Source: Patescibacteria group bacterium
Lineage (GTDB): Bacteria > Patescibacteriota > Microgenomatia > UBA8517
Reading direction: 5' to 3'
DNA length: 64,000 nucleotides
Assembly: GCA_038062915.1 (NCBI GenBank)
Contig: JBBTWD010000002.1
Coordinates: 5,189-69,188 of the forward strand
The notes under the pieces: model-generated
Seen by the model: only the letters and a program-made list of their open reading frames with translations
What the model was told of the DNA's origin: nothing
Databases searched by the model: none
Part shown: piece by piece, positions 36,225 to 46,161 of the stretch
How positions within the stretch are numbered: the first letter of the stretch is position 1
Layout: each line of letters begins with the position of its first letter
Made by a program: the position numbers and the translations under genes

Positions 36225-36544
36225 TCTTTCTTTAAAATCTGAAACAGTATGATTACAACCAATGTTCCAAAACCAGTACTTGCCGCCATTACAGCCATGT
36301 CGCGTAATTGAAAAATTTCTAATATTGAGGATGATATATAAAAAATCCCTACAGTTAAAAACCAAAAAAACAATTTAATTTTTGGATATTTATATATAAT
36401 AAAAATTAAAACCGTGAATAAACCTGCCTGTATTACTGGCCACAACGGATTAGTCAAAAAACCACTATTTAAAAACCAAAAGAAAGCAAAAACAAATAAA
36501 AGTAAGGCTATAGATTTTATATATTTTAGTATTTTCTTAATCAT
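36221..36544 (-). CDS. Small hypothetical membrane protein (3-4 TM)
   Basis: 107 aa hydrophobic ORF whose start overlaps the upstream stop. Confidence 0.65.
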   Translation of the reverse strand: MIKKILKYIKSIALLLFVFAFFWFLNSGFLTNPLWPVIQAGLFTVLIFIIYKYPKIKLFFWFLTVGIFYISSSILEIFQLRDMAVMAASTGFGTLVVIILFQILKKD

Positions 36545-39500
36545 TACGTTTTTTCCTTAAAAAGAATATTCCTACAACCACACTTGAAATAGTTGCAACT
36601 GCCGAAAACGTAATTCCCTTGTAAAATCTTTTTTGTGGAATAAATTCGATTTTTATTAAATATTCACCAGGATCTTCGTTTAGATACCATAGGTTACCAT
36701 ATCCGTTGGCTAAAAAATGGCGTTTTTCGGGTAAAACATATGACACCCCATCTTTAGTTAATGAAACTTTCCACTCTGGGTGAAAAGTTGTAAGAAAAAC
36801 CAGTGAAGTTGGACCATTCAATAATAGTCTACCCTCGTAGTAAGAAGGAGAAATCTGATTGATATCAATTTTTTGCCTATTTCTAACACCATCTTTTGCA
36901 ATATCAATAGATCTTAAAAACACATCATTAACCAAAAGTCGTTTAACAGATATATTTCGTATAGCGAAATCACTTTCTCTGTTGTAATCCTCACCGATTT
37001 CTTTGATTTTACATGCAACTTTATCGCCCAATATGGCCAAACAATTGTTCCAAGGCTCGCCATTAATTTTAACAACAGCTTCGGTAGTATTTAATCTAGG
37101 TTCAAAAAAGATTGACCCTGAATTCCAATAAAAGCTGTAATTATCCTTGTCATATATTTTATCTATCGACATATACCTTCTACCATTTACATCCCAGTCA
37201 GAGTCTTGCATCACTTGCAAAATGGGTCCCCGACCTTTTTTTATCCAATAATCAAAATCAACCCGATAAATACTATTTTTATCAAAGTCTTTTATATTAA
37301 ATGAGAGGCTTGAAGAATCAGTTTTAGAAGTATGAAAATCAAAAACTGGTTGAGTTGCATCACCAATCTGTTTAACCGATCCAGTTAATTGCCATTCTTG
37401 ACTGCCAATTTCAGGCGAAAGATTGACAGAGTCAACCATATTATAACTAATTTCGTGCAAACCCTTATCCAACTTAATAGTGCCAAACGAGAGAAACCCC
37501 ATTTTTAAATTTGCACTAAGCACTTTGACCTCGTTGTCAATTTGAAAGACTAGAGTTTTCAAACCACCTTGGTATTGAGAGTCACTTGGGGAATTTTTTA
37601 ATAATATCTCGTACTCAACATCTTTTTGGACATCAAATCTAAACACTTTTCGACCGTATTTACTCATTCCTATGTCTTCCTTTAATTCGTAAAACGGTAC
37701 GAATCCTAAATCGGACAACTTAATCTTCATATTCTCAAGTGCACTCAAATTATTCAGATCTTTTAAAACTATCTCATGCCTGGCGAGCATGGTTTTTAAT
37801 ATCAATTTTTCAGTTTTATCTACTAGTCCTCCCACCTGTCTTTGATTTATGATCTCGACTGCTTTATCAAACCTCTTGCTGTAATTAGCAATCATACGAT
37901 TGGCTAATTTAATATTCCCCTTTTCTGTTAACCGATGGGCTTCAGATAATCTTTTGCCGGCATGATCTAGTTCTACAAAATGCTTATTCATAGCAGGTGA
38001 TGAGACAAGTTGTACTTGTTCTTTTATCAAGATTAAGGAGTAAAAAAGAGAGTCGGGTAAAAAACGTGGCCTTGGAAGCTCTGCTAGCGCATTTTCTTTA
38101 TAAGCAAGGGGGGAAGACGGAGTTAGAATGGTATGAGTCGAGGTTATGGAATAATTCAAATTGCTTTGAGCTGACAACTCGTCTTGATTGTCATTTACTG
38201 GTGTTGCAAAAAACACGGGCCAAGATTCATTTTCATAAATCTCAGGCCAAATGGAAAAACCAATACTACCACCGGTTAAAACATTATAAACTTCTGCTGT
38301 AAACACCTTTGGTGTAAAAAAACTATCGTCAATTTCATAGATCACCAAATCACCAAAAGTTACTTTTTTCTGAATAAAACTTATTTGGAATAAAACTTTT
38401 TCGATAGCGTCCGGATTAACCAATACTCTTGCCTTCCAATCAATATCTTTATGCAAAACGATATATCTAATATTTAAATTTGAGAATACATTTGCCAGGC
38501 TTTTTTGATCAAAACTATTCGAAGTAAAAATGATATTTATAGAAGCTAGACTATGATCCACTTGTTCGAGTCCGAAACCATTTGAAACTGATGGAGTTGA
38601 GAATAGGAGTGAGCTTGGCTCAATTCCATTATATCCCTTTTCCCATGAATAAGTAACAGCGTCGCCAGTAACAAATGGCAAATGAAGAATTCTTCCAGAT
38701 TTATTTTCATCCTTAATCCAGGCGTTTGCTCTTATATAATCTTCAGGAACCTCAACCAATGCTGATTGTGATTTACTTCCAAAGATTTCTCCAAGCCACA
38801 TTGGCCAAGGGTAAATAATAAACTCAAGGACTAAAAGTGTGGAAATAAATACATAAGCCAAAATTCTCTTACCTGAAAATTTGGATTTTAGGAAAAAACA
38901 AATCTTTTCTATTCCTATTGGAAATATAAAGGCCGATGCAAAAGGAATCAATATCCCAAATTTTTCAAATGGATTACGAAACGCGCCCAAAAGAAATGAC
39001 TTACTGAAAGCCAAAAGAAAAGGATGTCCGAATGGGGCAGCTGTTCCTTTTGAGACAAAAATTGCTAACAAGAATAAGAAAATCCATACATAAAAATGTC
39101 TTTTTTTGCTAACTATAATCGAATAAATACCAATCAAAGTAACTAAAGGTATTGACCAGGAAATTAACTGCATTAAAAAATGACCATACCCACCAACCCA
39201 TATGTTTTCACCGAAAGTATAAAAGGAGTTGATACCACGCAGTACAACCGATATCGGGTTTTGATTGCTCAAAGAAAGAAGTGTCGCAATACTCGCATAA
39301 ATTGAATGTATTTGGGCAAATAATGTCGGACCGGTCGTCCAAAATGGATAAAGCCACCAAATATTGATAGCTAACCAGGAAACAAATACTAAAATAAGAA
39401 TTTTTAGATTTCTAAAAAAATTGTTCCAAATTGAATAAGTTAAAATAGGTATCCATATAATGACCATAAACGATAAACTGCCATATATATATGAGAAGGC

Positions 39501-40070
39501 GAATGATATGAAAAGAAAAACTAGATACCAAAAGAGACGTTTGGATTTTATCAATTTAATATAAACATAAGTTATAAGGGGCATCATTGCAGCTAAGAAA
39601 AATGAGGTATGAACAAACCTATGCCATATTTGAACTTCCATGTAGGGATTTAGCATGTAAAAAAGTGCGGCGATGAAAGATAAAACTCTTGATTTTGAAG
39701 ATGTTGCTTCAAAAAAAAGCAAATACATCCCTAAACCTGTAAGAAAGAGTAGTGTCGAAAAAAGAATCGCTTGAATCGCTACAGGAGACATACCTACGGT
39801 TTGCAATATGGCTAAAGTAGAATATAGGGGGATTGAAGTTAAAGCGCTAGGATAAGGAAATCCTGGGGCATGTACATCCCACCAGATATCTTTTACAATG
39901 GATGAAAGACGTATGGGATTGTAAGTAGGAAGACCAACATCCCCACCGCCATATAGAATACCTGTCCGAAACCAACTTAAAATCATAATGACAGTAATGG
40001 CTAAAAAAATACTTAATGGCCAAATATGGTAGCGTGCCTTAGAAAGAAGACTATTTACTTTTTTTAACAT
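36537..40070 (-). CDS. Very large GT-C (AftD/DUF3367-like) protein with an embedded DUF5667-like helical domain
   Basis: GGDVGLP, FYMLNPY, FVSKGTAAPFG..AFRNPFEKF, GRILHLP, NIRYIVLHKD, FLPDSLFYSLILIKEQVQL; YfhO-like C-terminus and TM. Confidence 0.75.
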   Translation of the reverse strand: MLKKVNSLLSKARYHIWPLSIFLAITVIMILSWFRTGILYGGGDVGLPTYNPIRLSSIVKDIWWDVHAPGFPYPSALTSIPLYSTLAILQTVGMSPVAIQAILFSTLLFLTGLGMYLLFFEATSSKSRVLSFIAALFYMLNPYMEVQIWHRFVHTSFFLAAMMPLITYVYIKLIKSKRLFWYLVFLFISFAFSYIYGSLSFMVIIWIPILTYSIWNNFFRNLKILILVFVSWLAINIWWLYPFWTTGPTLFAQIHSIYASIATLLSLSNQNPISVVLRGINSFYTFGENIWVGGYGHFLMQLISWSIPLVTLIGIYSIIVSKKRHFYVWIFLFLLAIFVSKGTAAPFGHPFLLAFSKSFLLGAFRNPFEKFGILIPFASAFIFPIGIEKICFFLKSKFSGKRILAYVFISTLLVLEFIIYPWPMWLGEIFGSKSQSALVEVPEDYIRANAWIKDENKSGRILHLPFVTGDAVTYSWEKGYNGIEPSSLLFSTPSVSNGFGLEQVDHSLASINIIFTSNSFDQKSLANVFSNLNIRYIVLHKDIDWKARVLVNPDAIEKVLFQISFIQKKVTFGDLVIYEIDDSFFTPKVFTAEVYNVLTGGSIGFSIWPEIYENESWPVFFATPVNDNQDELSAQSNLNYSITSTHTILTPSSPLAYKENALAELPRPRFLPDSLFYSLILIKEQVQLVSSPAMNKHFVELDHAGKRLSEAHRLTEKGNIKLANRMIANYSKRFDKAVEIINQRQVGGLVDKTEKLILKTMLARHEIVLKDLNNLSALENMKIKLSDLGFVPFYELKEDIGMSKYGRKVFRFDVQKDVEYEILLKNSPSDSQYQGGLKTLVFQIDNEVKVLSANLKMGFLSFGTIKLDKGLHEISYNMVDSVNLSPEIGSQEWQLTGSVKQIGDATQPVFDFHTSKTDSSSLSFNIKDFDKNSIYRVDFDYWIKKGRGPILQVMQDSDWDVNGRRYMSIDKIYDKDNYSFYWNSGSIFFEPRLNTTEAVVKINGEPWNNCLAILGDKVACKIKEIGEDYNRESDFAIRNISVKRLLVNDVFLRSIDIAKDGVRNRQKIDINQISPSYYEGRLLLNGPTSLVFLTTFHPEWKVSLTKDGVSYVLPEKRHFLANGYGNLWYLNEDPGEYLIKIEFIPQKRFYKGITFSAVATISSVVVGIFFLRKKRND

Positions 40071-40737
40071 TTATCTTTTTGTATGCCACAAAAACATAAT
40101 CTGCAAACGTCTGATCCCAATAATATAATGGGGAAATTACAATATTAAATAAAAACAATAATTTCTTTATTAAATCTGATTTTACTCTATGAACCAAACC
40201 GACCTCCCCAAGCAACCAACGGTTACCATACTTTAAGGTTTTATAACCCAGTCTCTTAAAATCTTTTGGAAAAAAGTGTGATAGATGCAATTGTAATTTA
40301 TTACCATCAACCGCGGGGTGGTACATTTCACCAATTGGAGTAGCTATAATAACTTGCTTTTTAGCTATCCGTTCTAAATCCTTTATAAATTTAGTTGCAT
40401 CATGGGGTGGGAGGTGTTCAATAACGTGTGAGGCAATAACAATGTCAAAACTTCTGGCAGGAAACTTCATTTTTCTAATATCGCTTAGGACATACTTATC
40501 ATGGAGCTTGCTTCTTCTGGCTTGGCTAATATATTTTTCAAATAAATCTACTCCCACAACATAATCGGGCTTTAATACCATTCTTATTAATCTCATTGGA
40601 TAACCCTGTCCACAACCAACGTCTAAGATACTCGACCCTGATCTATCTATAACTTTGCAAACAGGGTCTACAAGCATGTCCAACCAAAGTTTGATAGGGA
40701 ATAATGATTTATCGATTTTTTTATATATTTTTAACAT
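40051..40737 (-). CDS. Class I SAM-dependent methyltransferase (paralog of the C-terminal domain of 40721-42250)
   Basis: ILDVGCGQG, GVDLF, SFDIV, HVIEHL, IIATP. Confidence 0.9.
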   Translation of the reverse strand: MLKIYKKIDKSLFPIKLWLDMLVDPVCKVIDRSGSSILDVGCGQGYPMRLIRMVLKPDYVVGVDLFEKYISQARRSKLHDKYVLSDIRKMKFPARSFDIVIASHVIEHLPPHDATKFIKDLERIAKKQVIIATPIGEMYHPAVDGNKLQLHLSHFFPKDFKRLGYKTLKYGNRWLLGEVGLVHRVKSDLIKKLLFLFNIVISPLYYWDQTFADYVFVAYKKINVKKSK

Positions 40738-42250
40738 TTTTGTAAGCTACCATGTAGTAATTAGCCAGCGGTTGAATAAAATAGGTTAGCCAATTAACGA
40801 GGAGTATAAGTGAATAAATTAACTTTTTCCATACACCATTTTGGTATCTGTCTATTAATCCCCCAATACCTTCAATCTCGCTTCTACCCATTTTTATTAC
40901 TTTGTATCCCCTAGCTATCAACTCATCTGGCATAAATCCTGATTTATGTAGTTGAAGGCGATTACCATCAACAGCTGGGTGAAATGTCCTTCCAATTGGC
41001 ATAGATATAATAACTTGCTTTTTAGCTATCTTTTCTAAATTGTCTAGAACCCTTAAAGATTCATCTTTTCTTATGTGTTCTAAAACCTGCAGGGCAATAA
41101 CAATATCAAAAGACTTATTCTCAAACGGCAAATTCCTGACATCAGCTAGTGAATATGAATCATGTATTCCCTTTCTTCTACATTCATTGATATAGGGTTT
41201 AAAAAGATCAACTCCATGGACAAACTTAAATTTTATTTTTTCTTTTAAAACCTGCATTGGAAGTCCACCCCCGCAAGCTACATCTAAAATGGTTTTACCC
41301 GATGTATCAATAACCCTACAAACCGGGTCAACCAATGAAATCAAGAAAAGTTTTAATGGGAAAAAAGAATAATCGATTCCGGAAATAATTCCCTTCCAAT
41401 AATTAGACAAAACATCAAATCTTGCAGTCATTAAAATAATTAAAGAATGTAAAACGATGTAAATTGGCTCGTAAAAAAACATAAAGACTAGAAAGTTGTT
41501 TTTTTGTGCATGTTTTTTCATAAATATGATCTTATTTTTACTTACTCTAAATGATCTCTCGGGAGTTGTTATCCCCAACCATTGAAGCCAGGGGTTAATA
41601 AATGTTTTTTTAGCTCCCGTATGCCAAGCGCGAGATTTCGGAACATAAAATATTTTATACCCAGCTTTTCTAGCTCTTATGGAGAAGTCAGAATCTTCAT
41701 AGGGAATAAAGATTTCCTCATCGTAGTCTCCAATTTTATCAAACACATCCCGCCTTACCAACCAAGTACATCCGGCCATTGGAATTTCGATTACTTTCTC
41801 AAACTGACCTACATCTTTTTGGTGAACTCCAATGCCAAAAACTCTGCCGGTTTTAAGGTTAATGCCATGTCCAACTCCTTGAATAATATCTGGCTTTCCC
41901 ATTTCATAAATTTTAGGTTGGACTATTCCAATTTTAGAGTCAGTTGTTATAACTTTAATAAGTTCTTTAACCATCTGTCTGTCTGCAACAGCATCGTCAT
42001 CCATGAATAAAACAAATTGACCTTTAGTATGGAGTAGCCCTAAATTTCTTCCTCCCGCACCCCCCAGATTTGTTTCACTTCTAATAACATTAATGCTTGA
42101 GGTTTTCTTGACTCGTTGGCTTGAGGCATTGTCGACAACAACAATTTCATCAATTTTCTGTGACTGAGCTAATATTGATTTAAGACATAGTGAAAGTTCC
42201 TTGTTGCGGTTTCTTGTTACAATTACTACTGATATGGAAGGCTTGTTCAT
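40721..42250 (-). CDS. GT2 glycosyltransferase fused to a class I SAM methyltransferase
   Basis: N-terminal VDNAS, NLGGAGGRN, FMDDD, YEDSDF; C-terminal ILDVACGGG, SFDIV, QVLEH. Confidence 0.9.
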   Translation of the reverse strand: MNKPSISVVIVTRNRNKELSLCLKSILAQSQKIDEIVVVDNASSQRVKKTSSINVIRSETNLGGAGGRNLGLLHTKGQFVLFMDDDAVADRQMVKELIKVITTDSKIGIVQPKIYEMGKPDIIQGVGHGINLKTGRVFGIGVHQKDVGQFEKVIEIPMAGCTWLVRRDVFDKIGDYDEEIFIPYEDSDFSIRARKAGYKIFYVPKSRAWHTGAKKTFINPWLQWLGITTPERSFRVSKNKIIFMKKHAQKNNFLVFMFFYEPIYIVLHSLIILMTARFDVLSNYWKGIISGIDYSFFPLKLFLISLVDPVCRVIDTSGKTILDVACGGGLPMQVLKEKIKFKFVHGVDLFKPYINECRRKGIHDSYSLADVRNLPFENKSFDIVIALQVLEHIRKDESLRVLDNLEKIAKKQVIISMPIGRTFHPAVDGNRLQLHKSGFMPDELIARGYKVIKMGRSEIEGIGGLIDRYQNGVWKKLIYSLILLVNWLTYFIQPLANYYMVAYKNVKNI

Positions 42251-42267
42251 CTCGAAGGTATTATAAA

Positions 42268-43308
42268 CTACCAGCGTTTACTTGCCAAAAAAGTTTTAAA
42301 ACCTTGAAGTGTTTGCCCCTTTATTAGAAATGGTATAAACGCTTGACTGTCCGAAAGCTTTCTTTTCCCCTGAACAGATGACCTTTTGTTCATAAGTATG
42401 GAAAAATTCAGGATAGCCCAGACAATCGCCTTAAACCTGGCCAAACCAAATCTCCAAAGGCCTTTGTAAAATATTTCAAATAATCCGGAAGCGATATAAA
42501 TTAAAAAAATCACGGGTATTGACTTAATTGCATTCACGAAATTGTAATTTTTAATTACAGTAGAAATTCTATTTTTATTAAACCAGAATTTTATTTCAGC
42601 CTTTAATTTAGCGCTCACTCTCGATGTTGAAGACCCTCGCTTATGATAAACAATAGCTTCTGGGAAACAGTAAATCTTATAGCCAAGAAGTCGCAACCTC
42701 AAGGATAAATCCATATCTTCATAACCAATTCGATAATCGGGGTCAAGAATCCCAACTTCAGGAATAAGACTGGCTCTAAAAAGAGACGTAGATCCAGTAA
42801 CTGATAAAACCTCCCTCAACTTGTTATATTGCCCCATGTCTTCTTCCCCCCCACCCAAGGTTACGGGGTTACCAAATATATCCATCGACTCTCCAACACT
42901 ATCAATTTTTTTGTGGTCAAAATATGAAAGAACCTTTCCTTGAATTTGACCAGCTTCGGGGTGGCTGTCCATAAAATTTACCAATTTCTCAATTGCACCT
43001 TTTGCAAAATATATATCGTTATTCAAAAAGAAAATATATTTCCCACTGGATTTTTTAATTGCCATGTTAATACCTTTGGTCATATTATTTACCGGGTTTT
43101 GTATTATTTGAAGCCTTTTATCATGGCCAAAATGCTTTCTAACCTCTCTAACACTATCATCAGAGGAAACCATATCAACAAAAAAAATTTCAAAATCCTT
43201 AAAACTTCCATTTAAGAAATCCTTGAAGAAGTCACCCAAAAGTCCCAATTCCCAACCATTATAATTAGTTACAATCGCACTGACTAAGGGTGATTTTTTG
43301 TTTACCAT
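42268..43308 (-). CDS. GT2 glycosyltransferase
   Basis: VSAIVTNYNG, FFLNND, YEDMDLSLR, VYH. Confidence 0.88.
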   Translation of the reverse strand: MVNKKSPLVSAIVTNYNGWELGLLGDFFKDFLNGSFKDFEIFFVDMVSSDDSVREVRKHFGHDKRLQIIQNPVNNMTKGINMAIKKSSGKYIFFLNNDIYFAKGAIEKLVNFMDSHPEAGQIQGKVLSYFDHKKIDSVGESMDIFGNPVTLGGGEEDMGQYNKLREVLSVTGSTSLFRASLIPEVGILDPDYRIGYEDMDLSLRLRLLGYKIYCFPEAIVYHKRGSSTSRVSAKLKAEIKFWFNKNRISTVIKNYNFVNAIKSIPVIFLIYIASGLFEIFYKGLWRFGLARFKAIVWAILNFSILMNKRSSVQGKRKLSDSQAFIPFLIKGQTLQGFKTFLASKRW

Positions 43309-43333
43309 AACTTTAAAATATTGTATCTTACTA

Positions 43334-43362
43334 TTGACAAAAAATCCTCTCTGCTGTAGTTT
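43334..43362 (+). promoter_or_regulatory. sigma70-type promoter of the C-methyltransferase gene
   Basis: TTGACA 43334-43339, 17 nt, TAGTTT 43357-43362, ATG at 43372. Confidence 0.55.
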
Positions 43363-43371
43363 TACGTGGTT

Positions 43372-44640
43372 ATGAAAAATTTAAAGGTGCCAGGTAAGGT
43401 AAGACCAATTACTTCTTGTCAGGCTTGTCAGAGTAAAAACTTATACAAATTTATTAATTTTGGTCCTATGCCAAAACCAAATATTTATATGACAAGGGAG
43501 GAAGCTCTGGAACAAGGTTTACAAACTTTCCAACTTGACGCAAGTCTTTGTACCGACTGTGGATTGGTCCAATTGGGCGAGATCGTGCCTTCAGAGGAAC
43601 TATTCGCCGAAAATTATGCCTACCGAACCCCAGAGGCTATGAGGCCCGATTTTAAAGAAAGTGCAGAAGAAACTGCTTCACTTGCTGGAATAAAAAAAGG
43701 GGCAAAAGTACTTGAGATTGGCAGTAATATTGGTATCTGCCTTGATGAATACAGGAAAATGGGCATGAAGGTTCTTGGAGTAGACCCCGCCACAATATAT
43801 GCAAAACAAGCCAACAAATCAGGAATTGAAACAATTATTGAACCATTTACTCCATCCCTTGCCGACAACATCGTCAGAGAAAAAGGAAAAATGGATGTTG
43901 TAACCGCGGCTAATGTTCTTCAACATATCCCCGATCTTGTTGGAACAATTGAAGGAATCAGAAAGGTATTGGCCCCCAATGGGGTATTTTCTTTGGAATT
44001 CCCATACTTGGGAGATATATTAAATAATACCGACTTCGATACCTTCTATGCAGAACACTATTACTACCTTTCCCTAGCTCCACTCCAGAAAATATTCGAG
44101 TCGATGGGAATGACGATGGTTCATGCAAAAAAACTACCTCAAATCCATAATGGTTCCATGAGAATTTTTGTAAAACATGGCCGTGGATCAACAAATATGA
44201 GTAGAGACCTCTGGTTAATGATAAAGGATGAAGAAGACTCCGGATTTCTTAACCCAAAAAAGTTTTCAGATTTTAAGTCCCGAGTAGATAACATAGTTCA
44301 TCAAATAAACATGCATTTGTATGTTGCCAAAGCTAGAGGTGAACATGTGGTGGCCCATGGATGTTCTGCAAAGTTTGTAACACTTACCAACTATATGCAT
44401 ATTGGGGAAGATGTTATTTCTTACGTAGCCGATAACACAGATGTAAAACAAGGTAAGGTGACTCCGGGTATGGGCATCCCTGTAGTTTCGGAGGAAAAAT
44501 TAATGAATGACGCACCAGATATTATTTTTAATGGAATCAGAAACTTCTATAATTACAATAAAGAAAAGTACGACAAAATAAAAAAGAAAAATCCAAAAAC
44601 CAAAATCCTCATGCCGATTCCAGAGGTTTACTATCTTTAA
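43372..44640 (+). CDS. NDP-sugar C-methyltransferase (Zn-binding, TcaB9/NovU/EryBIII-like)
   Basis: CQAC..CTDCGLVQL Zn site, VLEIGSNIG, GVDPA, ANVLQHIPD, FDTFYAEH, IHNGSMR, KQGKVTPGMGIPV. Confidence 0.88.
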   Translation: MKNLKVPGKVRPITSCQACQSKNLYKFINFGPMPKPNIYMTREEALEQGLQTFQLDASLCTDCGLVQLGEIVPSEELFAENYAYRTPEAMRPDFKESAEETASLAGIKKGAKVLEIGSNIGICLDEYRKMGMKVLGVDPATIYAKQANKSGIETIIEPFTPSLADNIVREKGKMDVVTAANVLQHIPDLVGTIEGIRKVLAPNGVFSLEFPYLGDILNNTDFDTFYAEHYYYLSLAPLQKIFESMGMTMVHAKKLPQIHNGSMRIFVKHGRGSTNMSRDLWLMIKDEEDSGFLNPKKFSDFKSRVDNIVHQINMHLYVAKARGEHVVAHGCSAKFVTLTNYMHIGEDVISYVADNTDVKQGKVTPGMGIPVVSEEKLMNDAPDIIFNGIRNFYNYNKEKYDKIKKKNPKTKILMPIPEVYYL

Positions 44641-45526
44641 AATTATTACTGATGTAATCGGTGACCGCCTCTTTCCATGTAGGAAACTCCATATCTAATA
44701 GCTCTTCTGTCTTTTTGACCTTTAGGCCTCCATTGGGGTTATATGGAGATTTTTTACCTATTAACTTTTCATAATCTAGTATTGAACCGGGTTTTACTTC
44801 ATTGTCAATTTTTATTTGCTTAGCTAAAAATGTACCGATTTCGAAAGGCGTGGTAATTTCACGACAAGCTACATGGAACTTACCGACTAACTTATTTGAG
44901 ATAATATTTTTTAAAGCATCACCTAAAACCGATATGTAGGTGGGGCTAAACTTTTGATCATTAAAAAGTGGTCTGTCTTTTTTAATGCCTTCAATAAGTT
45001 TTAAAACATAATCTTTATTCATATCCCTACTGCCAAAAGGATAAGCGATTCTAACAATTGAAAATTTGTCGCAATATTTTTCTACTACTTCCTCTGCTTT
45101 TCTTTTAGTAAATCCGTACCAATCCACCGTCCCATCATTAACGAGTTTGTCGTACTCATCAAATGGGCCATTCCCGCCGTAAAAAACATTGTCTGTCGAT
45201 ATATAACTTAAATAGAGACCACCTTGTCTACAAACTTTTGCAACATTAGATGTTCCTTCAACATTCAATTTCCAAGCGAGACCATCTTTATTACCAATTT
45301 CAGCCAATGAACCCTTAACATCCGTGTAGGCGGCTAAATTTAAGACAACGTCTATCCCGCTTTGCCTAATAAAATTTTGGAGCGATTCGAAGTCTAAAAT
45401 GTCAACGTCGTTAGAAGAAACAAATAATAAATTCTGTGCAAGGTCCACGTATAATTCCTTGAGCCTGCTTCCTATAAAACCAGATCCACCCAAGACCAAT
45501 GTTTTAGGATATGGTAGGGTCGTCAT
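44609..45526 (-). CDS. RmlD-like NDP-4-keto-sugar reductase (extended SDR)
   Basis: GGSGFIG, NLAAYTDV, ISTDNVF, WYGFTK, DQKFSPT. Confidence 0.87.
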   Translation of the reverse strand: MTTLPYPKTLVLGGSGFIGSRLKELYVDLAQNLLFVSSNDVDILDFESLQNFIRQSGIDVVLNLAAYTDVKGSLAEIGNKDGLAWKLNVEGTSNVAKVCRQGGLYLSYISTDNVFYGGNGPFDEYDKLVNDGTVDWYGFTKRKAEEVVEKYCDKFSIVRIAYPFGSRDMNKDYVLKLIEGIKKDRPLFNDQKFSPTYISVLGDALKNIISNKLVGKFHVACREITTPFEIGTFLAKQIKIDNEVKPGSILDYEKLIGKKSPYNPNGGLKVKKTEELLDMEFPTWKEAVTDYISNNFKDSKPLESA

Positions 45527-45528
45527 AT

Positions 45529-46161
45529 TTATAAATTGTAATCCTTGACACAAAAAAGACCACCACTAATTTTTGGGATAAAATAACTAACAGGTGTAAA
45601 TAAATAATATAATGCCTGCTTTATTCGAAGAAATTTATCTTCAAGAAGCAATGGGATTTTTAAACCAAGCCCATAAACACTATAACCAAACTTTTTAAAA
45701 TCAGAGACCTTCCATATTGATTTATGTTCATCTTCTTTTTCTCCATGGAGTGTGTCAAAAAAAAGATTTGGTGTAGAAACAATTGCCCTGCCCTTGCATA
45801 CCCTATCTATTTCTCTTAATAATATTAGTCCGTCTTTCTTTTTAAGGTGTTCTATAACCTCTGTACAAATCAGAAAATCAATACTTTTATCCTTAAATGG
45901 AAGTTTTGGTAAACCTGCATGAACAAGCTTGTCGTAAATATTGAAATGACGGCAAAAATCAAGACATGCAGTGTTAATATCCATCCCGATAAGTTTTGCC
46001 CCACTCCAATCCCTTGTGGCACGAATAAGCGATCCATTTAGTCCCCTTCCGCAACCGACATCAAGTATTGTCTTTCCAATGAGAATAGGCGTAAAGTAAG
46101 AAATAAATGGGTGTAAAAAAAGGGGGTGGGTTCCTCCGGGGGCATAATTAATCTTTAACAT
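45529..46161 (-). CDS. Class I SAM-dependent methyltransferase
   Basis: ILDVGCGRG, LPFKDKSID, EVIEHL, VSTPN. Confidence 0.9.
   Translation of the reverse strand: MLKINYAPGGTHPLFLHPFISYFTPILIGKTILDVGCGRGLNGSLIRATRDWSGAKLIGMDINTACLDFCRHFNIYDKLVHAGLPKLPFKDKSIDFLICTEVIEHLKKKDGLILLREIDRVCKGRAIVSTPNLFFDTLHGEKEDEHKSIWKVSDFKKFGYSVYGLGLKIPLLLEDKFLRIKQALYYLFTPVSYFIPKISGGLFCVKDYNL

Noticed and set aside
30121-43187. Poly-A/T runs of 7-9 nt and a C7 run (42846-42852) as contingency loci
   Set aside because: Such runs are expected in AT-rich DNA rich in Lys/Phe codons, and all the host ORFs are in frame.
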